64,000 nt of DNA from Candidatus Woesearchaeota archaeon (GCA_964471565.1 CAYYFK010000002.1:849-64848), one strand, 5' to 3'. Positions 45,700 to 57,352 are shown, numbered from the stretch's first letter. Numbers and translations are program-made. The notes: generated from the sequence alone by a model not told the origin.

Positions 45700-47490
45700 T
45701 TAATGTCCAAAATATACAGAAAAGTTAGGTAACTTAAGTTTCTTCTCTTTATTTGTTCTAAAATTCAAAATATCAGAATCAATACAATTTTCTTCATTGT
45801 CACAAACAATGATTTGATAGTTATGCCATGTTTTTGGATGTAAGTCAGTTAAAACATAGTTATGTTCCATCTTATACTCTGTAGAAATTATCTCCATGTC
45901 TAAATCTCCTTCCCCATATCTCAAAGTAGAAGTACTGGCCTCGCTAGTATTAAATTTCACTCTAGCACTAGTAGGTTGTATTCCGTAAACTTGAATGTCC
46001 CAGATTTCAGGAATTTCATTAGAGGCAAATAAATGAGAACCCCCTCCCCATTCAAATTCATCCCTCAAATCAAAAAAAGTAAAATAACTAATGTTCTGAC
46101 TTCCAATAATCTGTTCATGCTCTCCTTGATAATAGTTATTATCAAAGAAGTTACTTCCACTTTCAATTACATCAACACTACTCCCAACGTAAATTGCAAG
46201 TTCCCCTAGATTAACAAACATAGTATTATTGTACCAACTAGAATTATACAATGGTCTTCCAGCGGATTCAGTATTATCTATCCTCATACATCTATCATAA
46301 TTGCAATTAACAACATTATCAAAAATTTTATTATTCCATCCAGCATTATCTACAATAGCAACAGTCGTAGCATTATAAACTTCATTTCCAAAAACCAAAG
46401 CATCATTATTTCCTTTCAAAGCCAGGCCATATCCACCACCATCAAGATAATTTCCACTAATTATAGAATTTTTAGTAAATCCAACAAACAAATTATGCTT
46501 ATATGTTTCCTCTGCTGGCATATACAATCTGTTTCCAGAAATATTTGCTCCAATTAAATCAAATTCCTGCTCAGACTCTGAACCAACAGCTATACCATAC
46601 CTATTCAAAGAATGGTAAATAAAAAATGAATTATTAACCATTCTTGGATTTTCAACATCTTTAATATTGGAATAAACAGTTATCCCATTACCATCTCCAA
46701 TATATAACTCATTATTCTCAATAATAAAGTTATCAGAATCTATAACTCTAATAAACGTAGCATATGTATCTAAAAAGAGAGGATTCTCTTCAGATCCAAA
46801 GATATTGTTTTTTATAGAAGAGTTGCTAGAATTAAATGCATATAGCAAACTTTCTTTTCCCGAAAAAAATTGATTATTTTCTATCCTACTATTTTTCAAA
46901 TTAGTTAATATAACTGGACTAAAATCCATATGGAGATTATCATAACCAAAAGTATTGTTCTCCATTACATTATTTTCTCCTCCTTTCAGAGAAATCCCAT
47001 AATCTAGAAAATTAATAAACTGATTATTTCTAAAAACCTTATTACCATATGAAGAATCCATCCCCAACACTGCAGAATTTTGTCCATCGAAAACAAATCC
47101 CTCAAAAATAGTCAATTCTGGACCAACAAATAAAATCATTCTATTTACATCAGGACCAACTTTCAGAACAACATTCCCCATCCCGATGAAAGTTCTATTT
47201 TCCTTTTCTTGATTAACATATAAATATCCTCCCCATTGGCTATCTTCAAGATATTCTCCTTCATAAATAAGGATTTCAGAGTTTTCGTTAGAGTTTTCTA
47301 AAGAATAAGCAATACTTTTCCAAGCAGTTTCATAACTCAATCCCTCTGAAGAGTCACTTCCATCAACCCTTACATGGTAAGTTTCTCCAAGAACAAATGG
47401 GGACACAAGAAAAAAAATGAGAAATATAACTTTTTTTGACATTGTAACCGAGGAAATGGGGCTTTTTTTATAAAAATTTATTATCTCCAT
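45700..47490 (-). CDS. secreted right-handed parallel beta-helix protein with C-terminal FN3/Ig-like domain
   Basis: Signal peptide; repeated NN.F/I..G...G.. coils (NNQF, ENNTF, IENNQFF, IENNEL); Asn-rich. Confidence 0.6.
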   Translation of the reverse strand: MEIINFYKKSPISSVTMSKKVIFLIFFLVSPFVLGETYHVRVDGSDSSEGLSYETAWKSIAYSLENSNENSEILIYEGEYLEDSQWGGYLYVNQEKENRTFIGMGNVVLKVGPDVNRMILFVGPELTIFEGFVFDGQNSAVLGMDSSYGNKVFRNNQFINFLDYGISLKGGENNVMENNTFGYDNLHMDFSPVILTNLKNSRIENNQFFSGKESLLYAFNSSNSSIKNNIFGSEENPLFLDTYATFIRVIDSDNFIIENNELYIGDGNGITVYSNIKDVENPRMVNNSFFIYHSLNRYGIAVGSESEQEFDLIGANISGNRLYMPAEETYKHNLFVGFTKNSIISGNYLDGGGYGLALKGNNDALVFGNEVYNATTVAIVDNAGWNNKIFDNVVNCNYDRCMRIDNTESAGRPLYNSSWYNNTMFVNLGELAIYVGSSVDVIESGSNFFDNNYYQGEHEQIIGSQNISYFTFFDLRDEFEWGGGSHLFASNEIPEIWDIQVYGIQPTSARVKFNTSEASTSTLRYGEGDLDMEIISTEYKMEHNYVLTDLHPKTWHNYQIIVCDNEENCIDSDILNFRTNKEKKLKLPNFSVYFGH

Positions 47491-47536
47491 AATATATTAT
47501 AGAAAATTATTTAAATGAAAAATATAAAATATAAAT

Positions 47537-50121
47537 ATGAAAAAAGGGGTTGTATTGTTATTTTTATTGCTAGTAAGTATATTCCAAGCTAGTGCTGCAA
47601 CTTACTACGTTTCTAAGCAAGGGAGTGATGCAAATGCAGGTACATCCTGGGCAGATGCATGGCTAACAATAAATAACGCAGAAAACAATGCAGGCGCACA
47701 TTCTTTAATCTATGTGGGGGATGGAACCTACAGAGAACAATCTTATGGATCAACAGATTATTTAGTCTTAGATAATGCTGTCCAGAATAGAACTTTTGTT
47801 TCTTTTAACAGATCTCAGGCAATAATCCAACCGAATAAAAGTACTGGAAGTGTAGTTGTAAGATTCATTGCTGGAGCAAACAATGTAACTTTCAAAGGCT
47901 TTGTATTAGATGGAAATAATACAGCCTCCTCAGGAATGTGGGCAGACCAAGGGACTGGGTATATCTTCCTTTACAATAATACATTTGTAAACACAACCAC
48001 CCAAGCAATCCACCTATACGATAACGGTGGTTCTTCAGGACCAAAACACAACTGGCATATAGGGGGAATGTGTTCAACAACACAAAAATAGGAATTCTTG
48101 GGTCTCACTCAGAGAATATCACAATCTTAAACAATAACTTCACATACAAACTAACAGACTCAGCAATAAAGATGTACTATGCAGGGTCTAATAACACTTT
48201 GATACAAGGAAATTTCTTCGAAAATAACTCCCAGACTAGACAGATATTAATAGATGATATAGGAACAAATTGTCAAATAAAAGACAATACATTTGGAAGT
48301 CCAAATGATTATATAACCAAATATTCAATAGAGTTAAACAGTGCACCAAATGTTTTAATAAAAAACAACACATTCTGGCAAGGTAATTTCTCTGCAGCTT
48401 GGGTTTCAATTTATGCTATTGGAAATAACAATTCTGGATTAAAGGTACAAAACAACAGATGGGGTAATGACACAGCTTTCCTAAATCTCTCAACAGGATA
48501 TGCTCTTTACGTAGTAAATGCATCTCACAGTATATATGAAAATAACTCTTTATACCTACAAGATGGAAAGGGAATTATCATAAGGGGATCAAAGAATGGA
48601 AGACACAAAAATATGACAATAAGAAATAACACTTTTGATCATGATGTAACTGCTACATCCATTCCAAACAGATTGTCTATAGCAATTGGGGGAGATAATA
48701 TTCTTAATAACGATGGAGACCTAAACGATACCATAATAGAAAACAATACAATAAGAATGGCAAGTGTACACACTAGCAAGCACCCACTATTCACAGCATC
48801 AAATTTCAACGTGACAATAAGATATAATACTGTAATTGGTGGAGGATATGGAATCTTATCCAAACATGACACGCTCTATAGAGCTTACAACAACACTATG
48901 GAGAACCAAACAAACTTTGAAGGGTTTGTAACAAGAGCGGGGCATAATATCTCTGTATACAACAATACTTTCCTTTGCCCAAACTATAACAGAACTGAAA
49001 GCCCATATGCCATAGTAGCAAAGAATGCTAATGAAGGCCCAGCAAGAAATGTAACTAACTTCCAATCATACAATAATAGATTCTACATGCACAATCAAAG
49101 TTACATATATGCCTTTTCAGAGAATGGAACAAATTTCTCAAATACTAACTTTACATCTCATGATAATATAATAATTTTAAATAATTCAAACCAGAATATG
49201 TCATGGGAAGTCAACAGTATAAATAGATATAATTTTACGGAGTTTCAAAAGAATTACACATTAGAAACAAATTCTATATTCTCGGCAACAAGAGAAGTTC
49301 CATGGGTTTTTAATAAATCAAGTAATGTATCTCATACAACTGGAACAATAAATTGGACTAGTCAAGAATCTGCAAATGCTTCTATAGATTATGGGACTTC
49401 TTTATCTTTTGGGACAACATATGGAAACACAAGTTTAGGACTATTTCATTCGATAAATATATCTGATTTAGTTAGGGGGACACAATATTATTATAACATA
49501 ACTATGTGTGATTATGAAAATAATTGTAATGAGACTGGACCATACAATTTCACCACATTAGTAGACGCTCAAGATGATTCTTCAGATGATTCTGGTGGAG
49601 ATAGCTCCCCAGATTATGTGGGAGTAGATTATTATGAACCCGATGCAGAAGAAATAGAAAATAGATTGATGTGGAGGGATGTTAAAGAAAGAGATTCAAT
49701 AAACTTCATATACAGAGATGAATCACACAGAATAGAAATAAGAAGATTTTTTTATGATAAATCCAAGATAGTAATCTTTTCTGAACCAAAAGAAGTGATA
49801 GTTTATTTTGGTAGAATAAAAAGAGTAGACCTGGACCTAGACGGAGAAGATGATATAATTGTAGAGGCAACAAAGCAAACAATATCAACTTTCAAAATAA
49901 GTATAAGAGAAATTAATATTCCAGTTTCAACAGAATATGAAGGGCCAGAAGAAGAAATTACAGGAGAATCAATCGCTCCAATCATAGAAGAAGATTACCA
50001 AGAAGAAACTTCTTACGGAAATTTAATCATTCCAATACTCTCACTATTCGCAATAATAGGAATAGCTGGAATATTATTGGTATTGGTAAGTTTAAAAAGA
50101 AAAAAGAAAAAATCAAGATAA
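47537..50121 (+). pseudogene. beta-helix surface protein paralog with C-terminal TM anchor, interrupted by a -1 frameshift at a G5 tract
   Basis: Track ORFs 47537..48091 and 48070(GTG)..50121 are colinear with the 45700..47490 paralog; a sixth G at 48062-48066 gives continuous ...HIGGNVFNNTKIG...; C-terminus IIGIAGILLVLVSLKRKKKKSR. Confidence 0.55.
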
Positions 50122-50490
50122 TTCTAATTTTTTTAATCTAGAACGAATATCATTGATCTCTTCGTCCAATTCAAATTTATGTTCTTTCTTTTCTGATATT
50201 TTTGTTGAAGTCTTTTTCTTGGTAGTTTTTTCTTTAATTTTCACATCATCAGATTTAGGAAGATGTTTCTTCAAAGAATTTGTCTCCTTTCCAATTTTTT
50301 TCATAACTACTACCAATTTTTTAAAAATTTCTGCCTTTTCTTCCTTGAATTTTTGATAACTTTCCCATTTTTTTAAAAGTTCAGCAGATTCAATGGCGGT
50401 CTCTAGAATATCTTTCCTTAAATGATCTGGTTGATCAACCTTCACATAAGTAATACTTTCTTCCTTTTTGGAAACCTTTTTTGCCGCCAT
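50113..50490 (-). CDS. hypothetical K/E-rich protein
   Basis: 125-aa ORF in tandem with 50497..50928. Confidence 0.3.
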   Translation of the reverse strand: MAAKKVSKKEESITYVKVDQPDHLRKDILETAIESAELLKKWESYQKFKEEKAEIFKKLVVVMKKIGKETNSLKKHLPKSDDVKIKEKTTKKKTSTKISEKKEHKFELDEEINDIRSRLKKLELS

Positions 50491-50496
50491 TTAATA

Positions 50497-50928
50497 TCAC
50501 ATTTCAAACAGTTTTCTATCAACATTGAGTAATTTTTCTTTTATTTTATCTAAATCAGAATTCCATTTTTCTAATTCTTTATTTTCTTCAGATCTTATTT
50601 TATGGATATCATCTAGTAAACCGTCTGCTTCACTACACAATTCTTTAATTTTGTGTATATCTTCTATTGCACCCTTATAGTTATCTATTTTAACAAAGAT
50701 TGGCTTATCTCCTGTAGGAAGAGAACTTTTTTTCCTTTCAACAATAACTGGCTTTTGTACTTTTATAGGGGCAGGTTTTCCTACTTCTCTTTTTATAGTT
50801 CCAAACTCTTGTCCATAATCAGGTAATTTTGGCATTTCAGAAGCAATTTTTGGCTTCTCTAATGGAATTGGATCAAATTCAGGAACTTTAGAATCGAGAT
50901 TCTTCTCTTTTTTCTTGAAAAAAGACAT
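50497..50928 (-). CDS. hypothetical protein
   Basis: 143-aa ORF, Pro/Lys-rich N-terminus and helical C-terminus. Confidence 0.3.
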   Translation of the reverse strand: MSFFKKKEKNLDSKVPEFDPIPLEKPKIASEMPKLPDYGQEFGTIKREVGKPAPIKVQKPVIVERKKSSLPTGDKPIFVKIDNYKGAIEDIHKIKELCSEADGLLDDIHKIRSEENKELEKWNSDLDKIKEKLLNVDRKLFEM

Positions 50929-51064
50929 TTTATTAACACCTCCAAAGATTATTAAAATTTTATTTTAGCATTATATAAACCTTCTTTACTATTTTAAAGT
51001 AGTAAACTTTATAAAGGCAAAGATTTTTAAATATCTTAGTATAGAAAACCAAGAATGGTGAAAA

Positions 51065-51604
51065 ATGGATGTTGTGATAGAAAAAGAAATAGAGAACCTT
51101 GTATCTCAATTAACTGGAGAAGAAGCCGTAAATGTAGTTAAGTATATTCTTTCCCAAGGGGAAAACGTATCCGAATTTTTAATTGCTGAAAAACTAGAAG
51201 CTCCAATAAATCATATTAGAAATGTTCTTTATAGACTTCAAGAAAACAACCTTATTACATTCACAAGAAAGAAAGATAAAAAGAAAGGCTGGTATATTTA
51301 TTACTGGACTTTTAATCACGCAGAAGCAAAAGCAACAATAAAAAGAATGAAAGACAGCCGAATAGAAAATCTTAGAAAAAGACTAGAAAGAGAAGATTCA
51401 AGTACATTTTATACGTGCTCATCTAAATGTTTGAGAATAAAATTTGATAACGCACTAGAAAATGACTTTAGATGCTCAGAGTGCAATAAAGTTTTAAAAG
51501 AAATTAGCAATACTAAAGTAATAAAAGAAATTAAAAAAGAGCTTTCAATGCTAGAAGAAACCTCTTCAGAAGAACATTCTACAATTGCAGAAGTAACTGC
51601 TTAA
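51065..51604 (+). CDS. tfe: transcription factor E (TFE, TFIIE-alpha homolog)
   Basis: N-terminal winged helix and C-terminal Zn ribbon YTCSSKC...RCSECNKVL; 179 aa. Confidence 0.7.
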   Translation: MDVVIEKEIENLVSQLTGEEAVNVVKYILSQGENVSEFLIAEKLEAPINHIRNVLYRLQENNLITFTRKKDKKKGWYIYYWTFNHAEAKATIKRMKDSRIENLRKRLEREDSSTFYTCSSKCLRIKFDNALENDFRCSECNKVLKEISNTKVIKEIKKELSMLEETSSEEHSTIAEVTA

Positions 51605-52164
51605 GGGCCAAAGAAAACTTTCGCTCCATCAAAAGGATCAAAAGGAATCATGTTGAAGATAAATAACATCAAGTTAATATTTCTAGTCATCAACCAAAAA
51701 TTTAAGGAACTATGAGACAATGTATCTTTCTTCGTTTTTATAACAATAAAAGAAACCCCCCAAAGTACTAAATTAGTTAAGGGTCCAGCAAAGGCAATTA
51801 ACCTATATACAAATGGAAGGGAATCAACCATTCCAGGGATAGTAACATACCCAGGAGCAATTATCAAGAAAGGAGAATTAATCAATCTTAAAACTAATCC
51901 CAAACCCAATCCAAAGTAGAAAATTTCAAAACTTGCACTATAACCAAAACTCATTGCAACAAATTTATGGGCTAACTCATGCAAAACAACAGCCGGTGCA
52001 GCTATTAACGTTGCAAACCACAGATCTTCCCATCTAAACCTCTTTTTATGCATCATATCATAAACAGTCTTAGGTTTTCTTGAGAATAAACCCATGAATA
52101 TAAATCCCAAAACTAGCGAAGTTGCAGCCAATTTTAAAATTTCTAAAAATGTGATTAAAACCAT
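51601..52164 (-). CDS. M50-like membrane metalloprotease (short S2P-family)
   Basis: HELAHKFVAMSFGY HExxH within TM helix; 187 aa, 4-5 TM. Confidence 0.55.
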   Translation of the reverse strand: MVLITFLEILKLAATSLVLGFIFMGLFSRKPKTVYDMMHKKRFRWEDLWFATLIAAPAVVLHELAHKFVAMSFGYSASFEIFYFGLGLGLVLRLINSPFLIIAPGYVTIPGMVDSLPFVYRLIAFAGPLTNLVLWGVSFIVIKTKKDTLSHSSLNFWLMTRNINLMLFIFNMIPFDPFDGAKVFFGP

Positions 52165-52200
52165 GATAAAATTAAACTTACTCCTTTTTTAAAAGTTTTG

Positions 52201-53397
52201 CTAAAGATAGCTGGCCAACCTTTTCTGCTTACTTTTCCTATGCATTAACTTACTAACCTTAAATAATTCATTAGCATCTACTCGGAAGTCTTTCATAATT
52301 TTGGCTCTAACATAATTCATCAAGGATTCTTTTGAGTCAAATTCTAAAGGGACTTTATTTTTCAAAGAGATTCTTGTACTCTCTCTGCAAACCCAGACAC
52401 CAAGGGGAAATTTATCTTCATTAGTAATAAACCTAAAAACTAAAACCGCTCCTTGTTTTCTTAATTCAGATAATTTCTCTAAAATTCCAATTCTGCATGC
52501 ATAATATCCTCCAGCAGTTTCTTCAACATAGCCTTTCTTCCCAAAATAATCTTCATAATCTGTTCCATAAAAATTTCCCGTTTTACTCCAGGGATTTGTA
52601 TTTAATGGAACTTCCATTTCAAACAATTCAAAACCCCATATATCTGGAAAAAACATAATCATATAATAATTTCCCAAATAACCAGAGAAATAAACCTGAT
52701 AATCTACTTCTTGGTAAAATCTAATGTCTTTTAGTAATTCTTTTCCCAGTGTGTCATCTGTTGCAGTTATACTCCATCTTGTAGGAACTAACCTTCTATT
52801 TTTTTGTTTTCCTAATAATCCAATACTTAAAATTTTACTTAAGAAATTCTCATCCATTCCTTTGTCATATAATTTATACAAACCTTCAACAGACTTCATA
52901 TCTCCATCAGAAACAGTCTTATCTACAACAGTTTTTATTTTTGGATTTTCTGTTAACTTAATATTTTTTACATTTGCATTATTACTCAATGGTTTTGCCA
53001 CATTTTCCATTTTAAGTATATTTTTTGGTTTATTTTTTAGAAAAACTTCCATATCTACAGGTTTATGTGCCATCCCAACTTCCTGACTTAGATCTAATAG
53101 TCTATTATCAAAGTTTTTTACACTGCTTTGAAACCTTGCGTTAACTAATTGTGCTCTTAATTTCAAAATATCTTGGTCTTTTAATCCTTGCTTAACCCAC
53201 TCTTTAGGATTATCCATTAGGTAAGAAGATTCTTCTTTTTGTGTAGGACTCAAAACTCCAACGTTTACTTTCGGATAACCAAATCTTCCAACAAAAACTG
53301 CTGGAGGAGAATTTCCAAAAAAGTCTAAACTATTTAGATTTAAATTAGAAAAATTGAATTTAATTACATCTCTTTGAGCATATCCACTCTTTCCCAT
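52201..53397 (-). CDS. Nre-family (DUF650/DUF651) protein, putative DNA repair
   Basis: PPAVFVGRFGYPKVNVGVLSP motif as recalled for archaeal NreA-like proteins; 398 aa. Confidence 0.4.
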   Translation of the reverse strand: MGKSGYAQRDVIKFNFSNLNLNSLDFFGNSPPAVFVGRFGYPKVNVGVLSPTQKEESSYLMDNPKEWVKQGLKDQDILKLRAQLVNARFQSSVKNFDNRLLDLSQEVGMAHKPVDMEVFLKNKPKNILKMENVAKPLSNNANVKNIKLTENPKIKTVVDKTVSDGDMKSVEGLYKLYDKGMDENFLSKILSIGLLGKQKNRRLVPTRWSITATDDTLGKELLKDIRFYQEVDYQVYFSGYLGNYYMIMFFPDIWGFELFEMEVPLNTNPWSKTGNFYGTDYEDYFGKKGYVEETAGGYYACRIGILEKLSELRKQGAVLVFRFITNEDKFPLGVWVCRESTRISLKNKVPLEFDSKESLMNYVRAKIMKDFRVDANELFKVSKLMHRKSKQKRLASYL

Positions 53398-53495
53398 AAA
53401 TTTAGTAGTTTTAACATCTTTAAATACTTAATTTGTGTACTTGACAATATATATTAGAAACCTTTATAAACAAAACTTTGCCCCAAATTCTTATC

Positions 53496-54059
53496 ATGTA
53501 TAAAAAACTAAGAAATCTTTGGAAATCTCCAGAAAAGTCTCTAATGAGAGACAGATTAATAGAGTGGAGAAGAGATCCAGCAATACTGAGGATAGATAAG
53601 CCTACTAATATTTCTTCAGCTAGGTCAATTGGATACAAAGCAAAAGAAGGTTTCATAATAGTTAGAGTGAGAGTAATCAGGGGCGGAAGAATGAGGCCCC
53701 AAATAAAGAAAGGTAGACGTTCAAAAGCAGCTAGAAGAAAAAAGATCGTTGGAATGTCATATCAATGGATAGCAGAACAAAGAGCTCAGAAATTCTATAA
53801 AAATCTAGAGGTATTAAACTCATACAAAGTAGGAAGAGATGGAAAACATTTTTGGTATGAAATAATCTTAATAGATCCACAACATCCAGTAATAAAAAAA
53901 GATAGAAAATTAAACATGCTTGGAAAAAAAGCAAACAAAAAGAGAGTAACACACGGTTTAACATCTGCAGCAAAGAAGAGTCGTGGACTAAGTAAAAAAG
54001 GAAAAGGTGCAGAAAAAATAAGACCTGGAAGAAGAGCTAACAAAGGACGTTCAAAGTAA
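53496..54059 (+). CDS. rpl15e: ribosomal protein L15e (eL15)
   Basis: MYKKLRNLWKSP...RLIEWRRDPAILRIDKPT...IIVRVRVIRGGR; start moved to Met7 of the track ORF. Confidence 0.85.
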   Translation: MYKKLRNLWKSPEKSLMRDRLIEWRRDPAILRIDKPTNISSARSIGYKAKEGFIIVRVRVIRGGRMRPQIKKGRRSKAARRKKIVGMSYQWIAEQRAQKFYKNLEVLNSYKVGRDGKHFWYEIILIDPQHPVIKKDRKLNMLGKKANKKRVTHGLTSAAKKSRGLSKKGKGAEKIRPGRRANKGRSK

Positions 54060-54090
54060 CTTTTATAAACTTATTTTATAGTTTTTATCC

Positions 54091-55122
54091 ATGCTTACGA
54101 AAACTCAAATACTAGAATTTAGAAAATATCTCAAAAAAGCAAAAAATCCACTATTTTTCTTTGATGATGACCCAGATGGATTATGTTCATATTTAATACT
54201 AAAAAAATATATTGACAAAGGAAAGGGAGCAGTACTAAAAACAACCTCAGTTTTAGATCTAAATTTATTTCACAAGGTTGAAGAATACAACCCAGACGTT
54301 ATTTTCATATTAGATATACCAATAGTGTCTCAAGATTTTATAGATAGGTGTGAAGTTCCAATTCTATGGTTAGATCATCATTCCCCAATAAAAAGAAAGG
54401 GAATAAAATACTTCAATCCTATGTTAAAATCCAAGAAAACAGTCCCCACAACACATATGGCTTATGAGATAACAGAAGAAAAAGAACTATTCCTAGCAAC
54501 CATAGGAACAATTTCAGATTGGTATTTGCCTAAATATACAAAAGAGTTTTCAAAAAAATATCCAGACATATTGTCACTAAAAACAAAAACTCCACCTGAA
54601 GCAATATTTGATTCAAAACTAGGGGAGTTAATTACTATTTTTTCCTTATCACTAAAAAAATCAACTTCAATAGTTCATAAAATATCAAATCTATTGCTAA
54701 AAATAGAAGATCCATATGAACTGTTAGAAGAAAAAACTTCTAGATCTAAATTTATTATTAGAGAAATAAAACAACTATTGGTAGATTATAAAGCAGTAAT
54801 GGACAATGTTGCAAAACAAAAACCAGGGAAAGATAAATTATACATTCTAGAGGTACCAAAAACAAAAAATTCATACATTAGTATTCTATCAAACTATGTT
54901 ATTTACAAGAATCCGAAGAAAATAGTTTTAGTAATAAGAAGAAAAGGAGATAAAATAATGATGAGTCTAAGGAGCCATAAAGTAAATATTCGCGACCCAT
55001 TAGAAAAAGCTTTAGATGGATTAGATGGGTTTGGCGGGGGGCATGAAAATGCATGCGGGGCATCAGTAAATACAGAACAATTTGAAGAATTTATTAAAAG
55101 GTTCAAGGAATATCTAAAATGA
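54091..55122 (+). CDS. DHH/DHHA1-family phosphoesterase (NrnA/RecJ-like)
   Basis: FFFDDDPDG motif I, LDHHSP motif III, C-terminal GGGHENACGAS DHHA1 motif. Confidence 0.7.
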   Translation: MLTKTQILEFRKYLKKAKNPLFFFDDDPDGLCSYLILKKYIDKGKGAVLKTTSVLDLNLFHKVEEYNPDVIFILDIPIVSQDFIDRCEVPILWLDHHSPIKRKGIKYFNPMLKSKKTVPTTHMAYEITEEKELFLATIGTISDWYLPKYTKEFSKKYPDILSLKTKTPPEAIFDSKLGELITIFSLSLKKSTSIVHKISNLLLKIEDPYELLEEKTSRSKFIIREIKQLLVDYKAVMDNVAKQKPGKDKLYILEVPKTKNSYISILSNYVIYKNPKKIVLVIRRKGDKIMMSLRSHKVNIRDPLEKALDGLDGFGGGHENACGASVNTEQFEEFIKRFKEYLK

Positions 55123-57023
55123 AAAAAATAATCTTATTACTAATAATTTTAATTTCAATAAACATAGCAACCGCCCAAGAGAATTACAATACTCATTCAT
55201 CTTTAGAGATTGATTTTTTACTAAATTCTCAAGTATCCCTAGTTGGTTCAGGAACATTAAATGAACTGACAGCCAGAGTATTCCTGGAGCCACAAAGAGA
55301 TGATCTACAAGAGATTTTATCTTCAGAAGAATCTTCAACTCCAAGTGCAGAAGTTTTCTCAAATGGTGAATTAAAATTTGTATGGGATGTTCAAACTACA
55401 GGCTATCAGTTTAGCACAAATAGAAAAATAAAAACTACTAACGTATTATTAAAAGTTCCAGATATAGAATTCCCTTACCCAGAGTTATCAACCGAATATC
55501 AAGAATACTTGCAATCCGAGGAAACAATAGACATAACCCCGGAGATTATCTCAAAAACATCTGAGATAATACAATCTGAAGATAATGCATATTTAACAGT
55601 ACACAAAATAGGAAACTGGATACACTCTAACATAGAATACGATTTAAATACATTAACTGAAAAAGCATCACAAAAGTCTTCATGGGTTCTAGAAAATGAA
55701 TACGGGGTATGTGATGAAATAACCTCTTTATTTATATCGATGGTAAGATCTGTTGGAATTCCTGCAAGATTTATTTCCGGGATGGCATATACAAATTCAA
55801 ACGATAATTTTGGAAATCACGGATGGGCAGAAGTATATTATCCAGATTATGGATGGGTACCATATGATGTTACTTATGGTCAACTTGGATGGATAGACCC
55901 GACCCATATTGCTTTACAAAAATCAAAAGATGTTGAGAGTTCAATAATTTATGAATGGCAAGCTTCGGGAGATCTAAGTTTGGACACATCTGGAGACATT
56001 TCAACAGTTTCCTCAATATCTAGCCTTGGGAGCACAATTCCCGCAGTTTTTGATACCTCTATTGTAGCATTAGCAGATAATGTTGCTCCAGGAAGCTATG
56101 TGCCAGTTCAAATAAAAGTAAAAAATCCATATAACGCATACTTATCAGACAATATAATAATAACAAAAGCACCAGGACAATTAGAAAATAATCAGAAATT
56201 AATTGCCTTAAAACCACTGGAAGAAAAAGATATATTCTGGATATTCCATCTCCCCGAAGATGTACCACCAAATTCTTTACACACTACCTCTGTGGAATTT
56301 ATGGACCTTTATGGTTCTAAAAAATCAACAACCATATCCTTTGCGGAAGGGAATGAATTAATAACTTTGGAAGATGCAGAGGAGATGGTAGCTGCCTTAT
56401 CAGTTGAGGAAGAAGAAGCATACTCGAATCAAATATTTTTAAATTGTAATCCAAAAAAATCTTATCTTTATTCATTTGAAACATTAAAAATAAATTGCTT
56501 AGTTAGAACATTCAATAATGAAATAAACGGATTAAGTTTATGTTTAGAAGAAACATGTGAACTTTTTGACATGCCACCAAATTCAGAAAAGGAATTTACA
56601 TTTGGATTTGATAGTAGTAAAAATACAATAAGAGCAATATTAAAAAATTCAGATATTGAAGTAAAAAGAAATATTATTGTTGGGATAATTGAAAAACCAA
56701 AAATAGAAATTTCAAAAATAGATATAACTGAGGTTAATTATGATGAAGAAATAGAAATACCAATAACAGTCTCAAGTCAAACTCCCTTAAAAAATATAAT
56801 ATTTAATCTAAATAGATTTAATCCGGTTAAGTTCAATGAATTAGAGGGATCAAAATCATTCACGTTCACAGTTAACTCTAAATATTTAAATTCTGAAAAA
56901 ATGGAAATTGAGTTAGAATATCAAGATGAATATGGGAATGAATATACTCAAAAACATTCTCAAAATATAAAAGTTAACAATCTACCATGGTACTGGAAAT
57001 TTATAAATTTATTCAGAAACTAA
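55119..57023 (+). CDS. secreted transglutaminase-like cysteine-protease-fold protein
   Basis: Signal peptide; catalytic core GVCDEITSLFISMVRSVGIPARFISG...HGWAEVYY...GWVPYD (Cys-His-Asp). Confidence 0.65.
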   Translation: MKKIILLLIILISINIATAQENYNTHSSLEIDFLLNSQVSLVGSGTLNELTARVFLEPQRDDLQEILSSEESSTPSAEVFSNGELKFVWDVQTTGYQFSTNRKIKTTNVLLKVPDIEFPYPELSTEYQEYLQSEETIDITPEIISKTSEIIQSEDNAYLTVHKIGNWIHSNIEYDLNTLTEKASQKSSWVLENEYGVCDEITSLFISMVRSVGIPARFISGMAYTNSNDNFGNHGWAEVYYPDYGWVPYDVTYGQLGWIDPTHIALQKSKDVESSIIYEWQASGDLSLDTSGDISTVSSISSLGSTIPAVFDTSIVALADNVAPGSYVPVQIKVKNPYNAYLSDNIIITKAPGQLENNQKLIALKPLEEKDIFWIFHLPEDVPPNSLHTTSVEFMDLYGSKKSTTISFAEGNELITLEDAEEMVAALSVEEEEAYSNQIFLNCNPKKSYLYSFETLKINCLVRTFNNEINGLSLCLEETCELFDMPPNSEKEFTFGFDSSKNTIRAILKNSDIEVKRNIIVGIIEKPKIEISKIDITEVNYDEEIEIPITVSSQTPLKNIIFNLNRFNPVKFNELEGSKSFTFTVNSKYLNSEKMEIELEYQDEYGNEYTQKHSQNIKVNNLPWYWKFINLFRN

Positions 57024-57352
57024 AACTAAGTTTCACAAAAGGATTACATAAACCTAGATTTCTATCCAATAAGGAAATAAATAGAATTAGATTACTTAAC
57101 GAAGCAAATAACCACGGAGTAGAGCAAGTTCTCAATAAAAAATACGCTATTTTGGTTTTTCATGATTCTTCATTTAGGAAACCAACTAAAAAAATAACAA
57201 AGAAAATAGGGAAAGAAACTATATTCCCGGCGATACCTTTCTCAGAAATAAAAAACTCTATTTCGGCTTCTCCTTCAAAAAAAATACATAAATATTTAAC
57301 AAAAAATATTAAAATAAAATCAGATTGGGCTTCTTTGTTAGTTGGATATTAA
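56987..57352 (+). CDS. hypothetical small basic protein (doubtful)
   Basis: 121-aa ORF overlapping the 3' end of the transglutaminase-like gene; K-rich; may be spurious. Confidence 0.2.
   Translation: MVLEIYKFIQKLKLSFTKGLHKPRFLSNKEINRIRLLNEANNHGVEQVLNKKYAILVFHDSSFRKPTKKITKKIGKETIFPAIPFSEIKNSISASPSKKIHKYLTKNIKIKSDWASLLVGY

Noticed and set aside
47537-48091. Treating 47537..48091 and 48070..50121 as two separate genes
   Set aside because: They are colinear with a single intact paralog and are joined by a one-base change in a G5 tract.
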